From an uncultured Solirubrobacterales bacterium (GTDB taxonomy: Bacteria; Actinomycetota; Thermoleophilia; Solirubrobacterales; Solirubrobacteraceae): 64,000 nt of DNA. A model generated the notes under the pieces. The model saw nothing but the letters and a program-made list of their open reading frames with translations, made no database searches and was not told the origin of the DNA. Location: NCBI GenBank assembly GCA_963751195.1, contig CAVVTQ010000002.1:74423-138422 (forward strand), given 5' to 3'. The position numbers and the translations under genes are program-made. Shown one piece after another: positions 17,894 to 27,505 of this stretch. The first letter of the stretch is position 1, and the number at the start of each line of letters is the position of its first letter.

Positions 17894-19168
17894 GTGCGCT
17901 CCCACCAACTCGAGACAGCCATAACCCAGTTCGTGAGCGATGCCGCGGCATACCTGCAGGCCGAGCTGGACAGCGGCGCGGAGGTGCCGTTCGAGCTCGA
18001 GTCGCACTCCTCGCGGGGAAGGGGGCAGGGGAGAGGCGCCCAGCTGTACTGCTACCAGCCGCTGACCGAGGCGTTCATCGGCGAGCGCTGGCAGGCGCTG
18101 GCGAGCTTGGAGAGCTGCGCCGCGGCGGAGCGGCTGCTGGAATGCCTGCAGGGGCTCGACCGCTACCTGCTCCAGCACGACGTGCGGATCGGACGGGGCG
18201 ATCGGCGTTCGCGCGCGGCCGTGGTGCTCAGGACGCTGCTGGAGGAGGTGTTCGCCGAGCGCACCGACTTCGAGCCCGACGAGGAGCGCTTGCGCCGGGC
18301 GCTCGCGCGGCTGGACGCCACGGCTTTCACGAACGCTGGCGAGGTGGCGTTGATCGAGACGCTGCACGGCATGGGCGTGGTGGCACCCGAGCTCGCCCAC
18401 ACACGCGCGCCGGCGATCGGTCGTCCCGAGCTGGCGTGGGCGCTGGCACGCTTCGAGATGGGCTGCGAACGCTCCTCCGAACTGGAGGCGTTGAGCGACC
18501 ACCTGCTGGCGCTGCGGGCGCTGCTGGAGCCGGAGGGTCCGGCCAGCGGATTGCTCGCGGGCCGGCTGGCGGCGCTATGTGCGACGCCGGAGGAGCGCGC
18601 CGGCTTGACGCGGCGGGTATTGAAGGCGATCGCCCTGGAGCGCGACGTGATCAACGGCGCGGCGGTGGAACACGCGAGCTGCGACGCGCTGGTGGCGGAG
18701 CTCGCCAGCCATCTGCGGGCGGTGCTGCGGGACGTGGTGTGCGGCCATCTGCCCCCCGATCTCGTGCGCTGTGCCGACTCGCTGCTCTCCTCGCAGGAAC
18801 CGACCCAGCAGGGTCCGCAAGAGCCGACCCACGAGGGGCCGATCAAGGCGCGGCGGGGACGGCGTTTGGCGCCCGAGCCGGCTGTCGAGCTCCCGGCGCC
18901 GGAGCCTGTCGTCGGTTCTGCGCCACGCGAGCCGGTCATCGGTTCTGCGCCGCGCGAGCCGGCCATCGGTTCTGCGCCGCGCGAGCCGGCCGTCGGTTCC
19001 GCGCCGCGCGAGCCGGCCATCGGTTCTGCGCCACCAGGCGCCCAGTCGAAGCCCGACGATCAGATCAACACGACGATCATGCGCATGCGTCGCCTCGCCG
19101 CCAGATCAGGCGAAGAGGTGCCGAGCGACGAAGTCGAGACCGGCGAGATCCTGCACGTCACCGTCTAG
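17894..19168 (+). CDS. hypothetical protein with C-terminal 9-aa tandem repeats
   Basis: Long ORF with host-like codon use; ALARFEMGCER and EALSDHLLAL blocks. Confidence 0.7.
   Translation: MRSHQLETAITQFVSDAAAYLQAELDSGAEVPFELESHSSRGRGQGRGAQLYCYQPLTEAFIGERWQALASLESCAAAERLLECLQGLDRYLLQHDVRIGRGDRRSRAAVVLRTLLEEVFAERTDFEPDEERLRRALARLDATAFTNAGEVALIETLHGMGVVAPELAHTRAPAIGRPELAWALARFEMGCERSSELEALSDHLLALRALLEPEGPASGLLAGRLAALCATPEERAGLTRRVLKAIALERDVINGAAVEHASCDALVAELASHLRAVLRDVVCGHLPPDLVRCADSLLSSQEPTQQGPQEPTHEGPIKARRGRRLAPEPAVELPAPEPVVGSAPREPVIGSAPREPAIGSAPREPAVGSAPREPAIGSAPPGAQSKPDDQINTTIMRMRRLAARSGEEVPSDEVETGEILHVTV
18895..19035. repeat. 27-bp tandem repeat x5 (EPAIGSAPR)
   Basis: GAGCCGGCCATCGGTTCTGCGCCGCGC units seen directly. 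Confidence 0.9.
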
Positions 19169-20230
19169 GTGGGGCACGAGGATCGGGGCGGGATCCCCCC
19201 CAAGCGTCTGAGCGAGCCGCTCGACGGTGGCACGGTCGCGCCGCGCGAGCACGTCGAAGTCCGCGAGGTTGCCCGCCACGCGCGCGGCGAGGCGCTCGCC
19301 CAGCTCGCCGGCCAGCAGCGCCTGCACCTCGGCAGGCGAGTGTCCTTCCAGGCCGTCGCGATGGACGCGGTTGACGATCAGCGCCACCCGCGCCATCCCC
19401 GCGGCCCGCAGCTGCTCGGCGAAGAAGATCGCCTCGCGCGCCGGCTCGGGCTCGGGCGAGGTGACGAGCAGGAAGGCGGTGGCGGGGTCGCGCAGCAGCT
19501 GGTCGACCACGCGGGCGCGCTCCCGGAAGCCGTCGAGCATGCCACCGAGCGCGCCGAAGAAGCCCGACAGCTCGCCGATCAGGTCGACGCCGGTGAAGCG
19601 CGAGAACATCGACAGCACCAGCCCGCTGCCGCGGCCGACGAGGCGCGCGGCGAGGTTGCCGGGGGCGAGGAACATCCTCACCGAGCGGCCCTCCAGAAAG
19701 CGCGTCATACGCATCGGAGCGTCGAGGAAGTCGAGCGCGTTGCGCGCGGGCGGGGTGTCGAGCACAATCGTGTCGAAGCACCCCTCGCAGTGAAGCTCGT
19801 ATAGCTTGGCGATCGCGCTGAACTCCTGAGTGCCCGCCACGGCGCCGGAGATCCCTTGGTAGATGCGGTTGGCAAGCACCTTGTCGCGGGCCTGCTCGTC
19901 GGGAGCGATGCGCCCGATCAACGCGTCGAAGGTGCGCTTGGAGTCGAGCATCGTCGCCCACAGCTCGCCTTTGCACTCGATCCCCTGTGCGGCCAGCAGC
20001 GCGGGGTCGATCCGCCGCGGCTCGTTGTCGAGCTCGTCGATGCCGAGCGCGCTCGCCAAACGCCGGGCGGGGTCGATCGTCACGACTGCCACCCGCTGCC
20101 CTTTACGCGCCAGTCCCAAAGCGAGCGCCGCCGAGGTCGTGGTCTTGCCCACGCCGCCCGGGCCGGCGCAGATGCAGACGCTCTTGCCACGCAGCCGCTT
20201 CGCGAGAGGTGGGGCGCTGGCCCGTGGCAC
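19106..20230 (-). CDS. ArsA/Get3-family ATPase
   Basis: GPGGVGKTT, TIDPARRLA and LDTPP motifs; start uncertain. Confidence 0.88.
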   Translation of the reverse strand: MPRASAPPLAKRLRGKSVCICAGPGGVGKTTTSAALALGLARKGQRVAVVTIDPARRLASALGIDELDNEPRRIDPALLAAQGIECKGELWATMLDSKRTFDALIGRIAPDEQARDKVLANRIYQGISGAVAGTQEFSAIAKLYELHCEGCFDTIVLDTPPARNALDFLDAPMRMTRFLEGRSVRMFLAPGNLAARLVGRGSGLVLSMFSRFTGVDLIGELSGFFGALGGMLDGFRERARVVDQLLRDPATAFLLVTSPEPEPAREAIFFAEQLRAAGMARVALIVNRVHRDGLEGHSPAEVQALLAGELGERLAARVAGNLADFDVLARRDRATVERLAQTLGGDPAPILVPHLDGDVQDLAGLDFVARHLFA

Positions 20231-20299
20231 GGAGGGATCGTAACCGCGGGGTGGTGGGTCAGTTTTGGAGCAGAGCGAGCTGTATAGCCATTGCAACAG

Positions 20300-20380
20300 G
20301 TGGTGGGGTGTCAGACAAAAATTGAAAGCCGTGCGCGATTGCTATCGGGCTCTGGAATTTTTTATAACAACCCCCGAGCC
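20300..20380. repeat. AT-rich dispersed element, family A copy 2
   Basis: 20328-20351 matches 3938-3961 at 23 of 24 positions, plus the shared TTTATAACAAC tail. Confidence 0.8.
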
Positions 20381-20528
20381 CCTGTAAATACCATTGTAAT
20401 CGTGCAGGAATCCGACCGCCACGTGCGAATACTCACGCGACGGCTTTAGAGGGTCGGCGCAGTCGGCCGAAGGCCGGCAAGCCGGGCGCCTCTTCTTTCA
20501 GATCCACCATCGAGCATCGGAGCCCACC

Positions 20529-21461
20529 GTGCAACCAAGGGCAAAGGTCATCGCGTTCGCCAACCAGAAGGGCGGGGTGGCCAAGACGACCACCACGCTC
20601 AACCTCGCGGCCGCGTTCGCGGAGGAGGGGCACCGCGTGCTGTGCGTGGACATGGACCCCCAGGGCAACCTCACGATGTCGCAGGGGATCGACCCGGACA
20701 CGTTGGAGAAATCGATGTACGACGTGCTGGTGCACAAAACCTCGATCCGCGAGGTGATCCGCCGCCGCGAGGTGGACATCGCGTGCGCCTCGATCGACCT
20801 GGCGGGGGCGGAGATCGCGATGTCCACGATGATCGGCCGCGAGCGCTCGCTGCAGAAGGCGTTCGAGCCGATCCGCGAAGACTACGACTTCATCTGCATC
20901 GACACGCCCCCCAGCCTCGGGCTGCTGACGATCAACGCGCTGACGGCGGCCGACAAGGTGATCGTCCCCGTGCAGTGCGAGTATTTGTCGATGCGCGGCT
21001 TGATCCAGTTGCAGAACACCCTGGCGATGATCCGCGAGAACCTCAATCCGGACGTCGACATCGAGGGTATCCTTCCGACGTTGGTCGATTCGCGCACGAT
21101 CCACGCCAAGGAGGCGATCGAGATCCTCGAAGAGAACTTCGGCGATCGCGTGTTTGCCTCGCGCATCCGCAAGACGGTTCGCTTCGCCGAGGCGCCGGTG
21201 AAGGGGATGTCGGTGCTCAAGTACGAGCCGGAGGGCGTAGCGGCGCAGTCATACCGCCAGCTCGCGCAGGAGGTGCTCGCGCACGGCTCGGGCGAGATCG
21301 CCGTGCGGCGGGGGCCGATCGCCACCCAGGCCGCGCCGGCGGTTGTCTCCCCGGGCGGACCGGCGGACGCTGCCGAGGGCGTGCCCGTGGCCGTCGCCGA
21401 GGGCGTGCCCGCGATCGACGCCGAGGGCGCCCAGGAGGTTGTGGCTCATGGCCCAGAGTAA
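20529..21461 (+). CDS. ParA/Soj-family ATPase
   Basis: NQKGGVAKTT, DMDPQGN, IDTPPSLG, VPVQCEY and FAEAP motifs. Confidence 0.93.
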   Translation: MQPRAKVIAFANQKGGVAKTTTTLNLAAAFAEEGHRVLCVDMDPQGNLTMSQGIDPDTLEKSMYDVLVHKTSIREVIRRREVDIACASIDLAGAEIAMSTMIGRERSLQKAFEPIREDYDFICIDTPPSLGLLTINALTAADKVIVPVQCEYLSMRGLIQLQNTLAMIRENLNPDVDIEGILPTLVDSRTIHAKEAIEILEENFGDRVFASRIRKTVRFAEAPVKGMSVLKYEPEGVAAQSYRQLAQEVLAHGSGEIAVRRGPIATQAAPAVVSPGGPADAAEGVPVAVAEGVPAIDAEGAQEVVAHGPE

Positions 21462-22986
21462 ACGTGCCAGCATGCGGGAAGGCCCGCTCGCGGCGCTGTT
21501 CAGCAAGACCGAGGAGGAGCAGGCAAAGGAGCTCGAGCAGGCCGCCACGAAGGAGTCCGCCGAGGAGCCCGCGGGCGACGAGCCCCAGCAGTCGCTCGCC
21601 CAGGGCCGGTCTGCCGCCGCGGAGAAGGCCGGGGAGGCGGCGGCCAAGAAGGAGCGGGCCGCCAAGCGGGAGCAGGCGGCCGGGGAGGAGGACGAGTCCC
21701 CCTCGATCCCCAGCCCGCGTGAGCGCCTGCGCAACGTGTTCTCCGCGGAGATCCCCGCCAACATGATGGAGCGCCCTGACGCCCCCGCGACCGCGGCCGG
21801 GGCAGCAGGGGCGGCCGCGAGCGAGAAGCCGGCGCCGCCGGCGGACGTGTACGCGCGCGAGGAGCCTCGCCGCGCGGCGGGCGCCGCGATGGCCGGCGGG
21901 CAGCCGGTGATCCATCCGGTGATCCGCGTGGTGGGCGTGGGCGGCGCCGGCGTGAACGCCGTCAACCGCATGGTTGAGGCCGAGGTGGCGGGCGTGGAGT
22001 TCCTCGCGATCAACACCGACCTGCAGTCGTTGCAGCAGTCCACGGCGGACATCACCCTGCACATCGGCGCCGAGCTGACGCGCGGCCTCGGGTCGGGCTC
22101 CGACACAGACCTCGGTAGGGCGGCGGCGATGGAGGACTACGACCGCGCGAAGGCGCTGCTGAAGGGCTCGGACATGATCTTCATCACCGCCGGCGCCGGC
22201 GGCGGCACCGGCACCGGCGCGGCGCCGATCATCGCGCGCATCGCCCGCGAAGTGGGCGCGCTGGCGGTGGCGATCGTAACCAAGCCGTTCGGCTTCGAGG
22301 GCTCCCGCCGCGCCGAGGCGGCCGAGCAGGGCATCAGGGCGCTGGCCGAAGAGGTGGACACGCTGATCGTGGTGCCCAACAACCGCCTGCTGAGCGTGCT
22401 CGACAAGCAGACCTCGATGGTCGACGCCTTCCGCGTCGCCGACGACGTGCTGCGCCAGGGCGTGCAGGGGATCTCCGACCTCGTCACGTTGCCGGGGCTG
22501 ATCAACCTCGACTTCGCCGACGTGCGCACGATCATGAGCGGCGCCGGCAACGCGTTGCTGGGCATCGGGATGGGCGCCGGCGGCGAGCACCGCGCGACCG
22601 AGGCCGCGATGCAGGCCGTCGCATCCCCGCTACTTGAAACCTCGATGGAGGGCGCGCGCTCGATCCTGCTGTCGATCACCGGCGGGCGCGACCTCTCGCT
22701 GTGGGAGGTCAACGAGGCCGCCAAGGCGGTCTCCGAGGCGGCCCACCCGGACGCCAACATCATCTTCGGCGCGATGGTCGACGAGAAGCTCGAGGACCAG
22801 GTGTGGGTCACCGTCGTGGCCACCGGCTACGAGCAGGAGCGCCCCCGCTTCTCCGGGCGCAGTCGCCTGGAGGAGCCCGCGGGCGAGCCCCGCGTGCAGC
22901 GCACCAGCGGCCAGCGCGAGCGCGAGCGCCGCGGCGGCAGCGCCGCCGTGGAGCTAGACGTGCCCGAGTTCATGCCTCGCGGCTGA
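21448..22986 (+). CDS. ftsZ: cell division protein FtsZ with a ~150-aa N-terminal extension
   Basis: VGVGGAGVNAV, GGGTGTG, PFGFEG, INLDFAD and C-terminal LDVPEFM; start has an AGGAGG RBS and overlaps the parA end. Confidence 0.95.
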   Translation: MAQSKRASMREGPLAALFSKTEEEQAKELEQAATKESAEEPAGDEPQQSLAQGRSAAAEKAGEAAAKKERAAKREQAAGEEDESPSIPSPRERLRNVFSAEIPANMMERPDAPATAAGAAGAAASEKPAPPADVYAREEPRRAAGAAMAGGQPVIHPVIRVVGVGGAGVNAVNRMVEAEVAGVEFLAINTDLQSLQQSTADITLHIGAELTRGLGSGSDTDLGRAAAMEDYDRAKALLKGSDMIFITAGAGGGTGTGAAPIIARIAREVGALAVAIVTKPFGFEGSRRAEAAEQGIRALAEEVDTLIVVPNNRLLSVLDKQTSMVDAFRVADDVLRQGVQGISDLVTLPGLINLDFADVRTIMSGAGNALLGIGMGAGGEHRATEAAMQAVASPLLETSMEGARSILLSITGGRDLSLWEVNEAAKAVSEAAHPDANIIFGAMVDEKLEDQVWVTVVATGYEQERPRFSGRSRLEEPAGEPRVQRTSGQRERERRGGSAAVELDVPEFMPRG

Positions 22987-23032
22987 GGCGCGTCAGCGCT
23001 GCGCCAGGCTGCGTCCTCGTTCGCTCGTGTGC

Positions 23033-23242
23033 TAGCCGAAACGGCGATACTCGCGCAGCGAGTGTCTCCCGGCTTCGGCACACTTCGCTCGCTGCGTCCT
23101 TGCCTGGCTTGGCTGACGCACCTCAGGTGCGATGTCTGCCTGGTGTGTGGGGCGCGTCCGCGCGTGAGCGAGCATGCCACTCGCCCAGGCGCTGGCCGAA
23201 ACGGGGATGCTCGCCGGAGGCGAGTGTCTCCGGGCTTCGGTC
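23033..23242. repeat. two REP-like GC-rich hairpin repeats (family C)
   Basis: GCCGAAACGG..GATRCTCGC..GCGAGTGTCTCC.GGCTTCGG occurs twice; related copies near 37170 and 55535. Confidence 0.8.
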
Positions 23243-23282
23243 CTCCATGCCCCGCGACGGCCGTGCGCTCGTGGCAGGGGTA

Positions 23283-23312
23283 TTGACAAGACGTGCACTG
23301 TGTGGTTATGAT
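23283..23312 (+). promoter_or_regulatory. near-consensus sigma-70 promoter
   Basis: TTGACA-18 bp-TATGAT. Confidence 0.55.
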
Positions 23313-23656
23313 GGCTGGGTCATAGTCAACCGGTGTGGTTGGCAGGCATACATAGAGTCTGGTTGGGTCATCCCACCCTGTGGTTGACGTAAGCGCTCGC
23401 GGGAGAAATGCGGGTGGGAGAGGGATCGGGTCGTCGATGAGGGAGTTGTTTGAGCGTGGTTTCTAGAGGGAGATACATGATGGGGATGTGCGCGTCGGGC
23501 CTAAAAGCTGATGCTAGATGCGCCAGCTTGGCGCTGTCGCATCTCTCTCTCTCTCTCTCTCTCTTGCGCTAAGGGGCTAACCCCAAAACCTCGTCGTTTG
23601 GCGTTTTCGCGGCGCCCCAGTTCTCCTTTTGGAGAGCGGAGTTTCTCGATGGCGTT

Positions 23657-24808
23657 GTGGGGGGTGGTGTAGCGGTGCGCGTACGGGCCGCGACGGCTTC
23701 CCGGGGGCGCTCTGGCTCGCGTGGTTCTTCGGTGTCTGCGCGTGGTGCCGCGGCGCCTGGTGTAACACTCGTGGCGGTCCCGCGTGAGGTGTCTGTATCG
23801 CGTGTGTCGCTCGGCGCGCGGCGGCGCGCGCAGGTGCCCGCGCGGTTGGCGGCACCGGAGGGGCGTCTGGTGGAGATTCAGCGCTCGCGGTTACTGGCGG
23901 GTGCGGTCGCGGCGCTCGAGGAGTTGGGTTACGCGTGTACGACGGTGACGCAGATCACCTCGCGTGCGCGGGTATCGCGGCGCACGTTCTACGAGCTGTT
24001 CGAGAACCGCGATGAGTGCCTGGCGGGGCTGCTGGACGATGTTCTGGGGATGCTGGAGCGGGAGCTCGCCGAGGCGGGCCTGGAGGGCCTTGCGTGGCGT
24101 GAGCGGGTGCGTGGCGGTCTGTCGGCGATCCTTGGGTTCTTCGATCGTGAGCCGGCGCTTGCGCGGGTGTGTGTGGTGCACTCGCAGCAAGGTGGCCCAG
24201 GCATGCTCGCGCGTCGCGAGGATGCCTTTGCGCGTTTGGCTGGGGTGATCGATGAGGCGCGTGGTGAGAGTGCGCGCGCGGCGGATTGCTCGTCATTGAC
24301 GGCGGAGGGTCTAGTCGGTGCGGCGTTTGGGATCGTGTCTGCGCGTGTGGCGCGGGGGGAGCGCCGGCCGCTTACAGACCTTCTTGGTGAGTTGATGGGG
24401 ATGATCGTGCTGCCGTATGTGGGTCCGGCGGCGGCGCGCCGTGAGCGGCACCGCCTGGCGCCCAAGCCAGCATTGGCAACAGGGAGGGGACCCTCGGTGT
24501 TCCTGCCGGCGCGGCGTGACCCGCTGGGAGAGGTCCGGATGCGCTTGACGTATCGCACTGCGCAGGTGCTCGAGTGCATCGCGGGGGAGCCGGGGATCAG
24601 CAACCGGGCGGTCGCCGAACGTGCGGGGGTCACCGACCAGGGCCAGATCTCAAAGTTGCTCGCGCGCCTGGAGCGCCTTGGCCTCACGGTCAACAGCGGC
24701 AACGGGCACGCCAGCGGTGAGGCAAACGCGTGGACGCTGACTGCGCTCGGCCGTGAGGTCGCGCAGCGCGTCGGTTCGAGCAGCCGTGGTGAGAAGGGGG
24801 CAGCGTGA
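23657..24808 (+). CDS. TetR/AcrR-family regulator fused to a C-terminal winged HTH (start uncertain)
   Basis: QRSRLL..TTVTQITSRARVSRRTFYELF; C-terminal RLTYRT..SNRAVAERAGVTDQGQISKLLARL..NAWTLT. Confidence 0.88.
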   Translation: MGGGVAVRVRAATASRGRSGSRGSSVSARGAAAPGVTLVAVPREVSVSRVSLGARRRAQVPARLAAPEGRLVEIQRSRLLAGAVAALEELGYACTTVTQITSRARVSRRTFYELFENRDECLAGLLDDVLGMLERELAEAGLEGLAWRERVRGGLSAILGFFDREPALARVCVVHSQQGGPGMLARREDAFARLAGVIDEARGESARAADCSSLTAEGLVGAAFGIVSARVARGERRPLTDLLGELMGMIVLPYVGPAAARRERHRLAPKPALATGRGPSVFLPARRDPLGEVRMRLTYRTAQVLECIAGEPGISNRAVAERAGVTDQGQISKLLARLERLGLTVNSGNGHASGEANAWTLTALGREVAQRVGSSSRGEKGAA

Positions 24809-25248
24809 TGCACGCTGCCACCGTGAACGAGTTCTTCAGCACCGTATCCATCTGCGTGCGTTGCGCCGAGCGCCGGCACGTTTCCACTCCGAGGAGAAGA
24901 GATAGCCGATGTTCTCAACACTATCTACCGGCCTCCCATGAACACGATCCCGAACGCGGCATGGAGTGCCGCACAGTCGGTCACAATTTCGAATGCTTGG
25001 ACGGCGGCCTCGAAGCGCACATCCCGGTCGGGCCTTATCTCTCCAACCCGACCGGCTCCTCGCTGCCCGGGGCGGGCTGCCCGGAGGTCCTGGAGGGCCT
25101 TGGGCTGCTGCAGAACACCGGCGGCGAGACACAGGGCATTCCCAACGCCTGGCAGCTGACATCCAGTGGTGAGGAGATCCTCGGCATGGCTCGCCCCGAG
25201 GGCGGAGGGCCTCGGAGCCGGCCGGGAGGAGAAGGCGATGAGGGGTAA
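24805..25248 (+). pseudogene. remnant of a paralogous TetR-HTH regulator
   Basis: LEGLGLLQNTGG..PNAWQLTSSGEE resembles LERLGLTVNSG..ANAWTLTALGRE at the end of the upstream gene; the rest is unrecognisable. Confidence 0.55.
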
Positions 25249-27505
25249 TACAAATGTTCCGCGCTCACGCGCACAACAACAGGGAGGTCGCGTCGTGATG
25301 CGCCTGAAGAGATCACCCATTGGAGCGCGCATGCACACGCTCGTCTTGTTCGTCGTCCTGTCCGCCATCGCCCTCACGGCCAGCCCCGCGTTCGCGCTCC
25401 CCCCGGGCCGCACCTACGAGATGGTCAGCCCTGTCTATAAGGCCGGCTACGGCGTCATTGAAACGATTGCTGTGGCGCCGGATGGTGAAAGTGTCGCGTT
25501 CTCCGCGAAGGGCGGGTTCGCGGGGCTGCTTTTGGGTTCGGGGATTTTCGCGAACGAATATGTCGCGCAACGTGGCTCCACGGGTTGGTCGACGGTATCG
25601 GTGCAGCCGCCGTTGGGCAGCGTGTCGGACTTTTCCGCGGGCTTGGAAGACACGCTGGCGTTCGCCCCGGTGGGGGCGAACGCGGGTGCCGAGGAATCCG
25701 CCTCCGAAGAGGAGCTGCTGCTACACAGCAATGACACGCCGGAGACGGCCGAAAATTGGGAAGTGGATGGTGGTCTCCTCCTCACGGATTTTCAAGGAGC
25801 GCGATATTTGAGGGCTGACGAGGCTGGTGCGAGCTCCGATCTTTGTCATGTCGTGACTAATCCATTTGAAGGTCCTCTGCTGGCGGCAGCGGTGGGTACG
25901 GTTGGTCAGCTCTACGAAGTTGCTCGGGGTTGTGGCGGCGAACCGCCGTCGCTGCGACTCGTTAGTTTGAAAAACGATAGCCCGTCGACGGTGATCAATC
26001 GCAAGTGCAACGTGGAGCTCGGCGCGACGGGAAGGCAGTTCAGTGCGATCGCTGCTGATGGTAGCGAGATGTTCTTTACGACGAACGGGACAGGGGTGGG
26101 CTCCAGTTGCTCGGGTGGTGCTCCCCAGCTGTTCGTGCGTCTCGGTGGGTCCAGGACGCTTGAAGTGTCAAGGCCGCTTTTGCCGATCTGCAGCGAAGTG
26201 CCATGTGAAGGCGCCGCGACGCGCGCTGGGGGATCTTTCGAGGGCGCCGCTGAAGATGGGTCGAGGGTGTTCTTCGAGACGACAGCGCCGCTCGTTGGTG
26301 AGGATAAAGACGCGGGCAATGATTTGTACGAGGCGACGATCGGCTGTCCGGGAGTCGAGCCGTTGTCTGCGATGCAACCATGTGAACCCTCGCAGCGGGA
26401 AGTGACTTCCCTGGTTCAGGTGTCGCACGCCCCGAGCGGGGAGGCCGCTGATGTGCAGGGTGGCGTTGTGCGGGTCGCGCCCGACGGGTCGCGGGTCTAT
26501 TTCGTAGCGCTGGGAGTGCTTGGCGAAGGGGCGAACGCGCAAGGCCAGACGCCGGTGAGGGGCGCGGATAATTTATATGTGTATGAGCATGATCAGCAAT
26601 ATCCATCGGGCCATATCGCGTTTGTCGCCGATCTGTGTTCCGGGCCCGGGCAATCCGGGACAGCGGAAGATCTTCGTTGCCCATCCGAGTTCGAAGCCAG
26701 CGGACAGGCGAGAAACGACACGCGGCTGTGGGGGGAACTTGGCGGTCATGAAGCGCAGACCGCGGGACAGGACGGGAGGTTCTTAGTGTTCTCCAGCTAC
26801 GGGCAGCTCGTCGCGGACGACACCGATAACGCCAAGGACATCTACCGCTATGACGCCGAAACGGGAGCGCTCGAGCGGGTCTCGCTTGGCGAAGCGGCCT
26901 ATGACGCCAACGGCAACCGCAACGACAGTACCGAAGAGAATGCCGACGCGACGATCGAATCTCCTGAAGAATCAGATGACAAGGTCGTTGAACAGCAGGA
27001 GATGAATCGTCGGGCGATCAGCGAAGACGGTTCGCGGATCGTGTTCAGCACCGCCGATCCGCTTTCGCCGAACGCGTCGGATGCGGCGAGCGGCGCCGAA
27101 GACATCTATGAATGGCACGAAGGTAGCGTATCGCTGATCTCCAGCGGCGAATCGTCTGCCTCGCAGCCCGTGATCACGCCGTCGGGCCGAGACATCTTCT
27201 TCGATACCTCCCAGGGGCTGGTCTCCCAGGACACCGACGGTTTGGTCGATCTTTATGACGCGCGACTGGAAGGCGGCTTCCCGCCCCCGCCGGCGCCGCG
27301 CCAGCAGTGCTCGAGTGATGCGTGCCAGGGTCCGTTGACGAACCCCGCGCCATTACTGGTGGCGGGTAGCGCCGTGCAGGCGCCGGGTGAAAACTTCGCT
27401 GCCCCCGCTTCCAAGCCGGTGGTGAAGGCTAAGCCCAAATCGAAGAAGAAGAAAATCAAGAAAAAGAAGCGGAAGGCCAAGAAGTCGACCAAGGGAAAGA
27501 AGTGA
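25238..27505 (+). CDS. large secreted Cys-rich protein, probable TolB/PD40-like beta-propeller, poly-Lys tail
   Basis: Signal peptide ending AFA; repeated S/A-x-DGS-R-V-F-F blades; KKKKIKKKKRKAKK tail; start uncertain. Confidence 0.85.
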   Translation: MRGNTNVPRSRAQQQGGRVVMRLKRSPIGARMHTLVLFVVLSAIALTASPAFALPPGRTYEMVSPVYKAGYGVIETIAVAPDGESVAFSAKGGFAGLLLGSGIFANEYVAQRGSTGWSTVSVQPPLGSVSDFSAGLEDTLAFAPVGANAGAEESASEEELLLHSNDTPETAENWEVDGGLLLTDFQGARYLRADEAGASSDLCHVVTNPFEGPLLAAAVGTVGQLYEVARGCGGEPPSLRLVSLKNDSPSTVINRKCNVELGATGRQFSAIAADGSEMFFTTNGTGVGSSCSGGAPQLFVRLGGSRTLEVSRPLLPICSEVPCEGAATRAGGSFEGAAEDGSRVFFETTAPLVGEDKDAGNDLYEATIGCPGVEPLSAMQPCEPSQREVTSLVQVSHAPSGEAADVQGGVVRVAPDGSRVYFVALGVLGEGANAQGQTPVRGADNLYVYEHDQQYPSGHIAFVADLCSGPGQSGTAEDLRCPSEFEASGQARNDTRLWGELGGHEAQTAGQDGRFLVFSSYGQLVADDTDNAKDIYRYDAETGALERVSLGEAAYDANGNRNDSTEENADATIESPEESDDKVVEQQEMNRRAISEDGSRIVFSTADPLSPNASDAASGAEDIYEWHEGSVSLISSGESSASQPVITPSGRDIFFDTSQGLVSQDTDGLVDLYDARLEGGFPPPPAPRQQCSSDACQGPLTNPAPLLVAGSAVQAPGENFAAPASKPVVKAKPKSKKKKIKKKKRKAKKSTKGKK

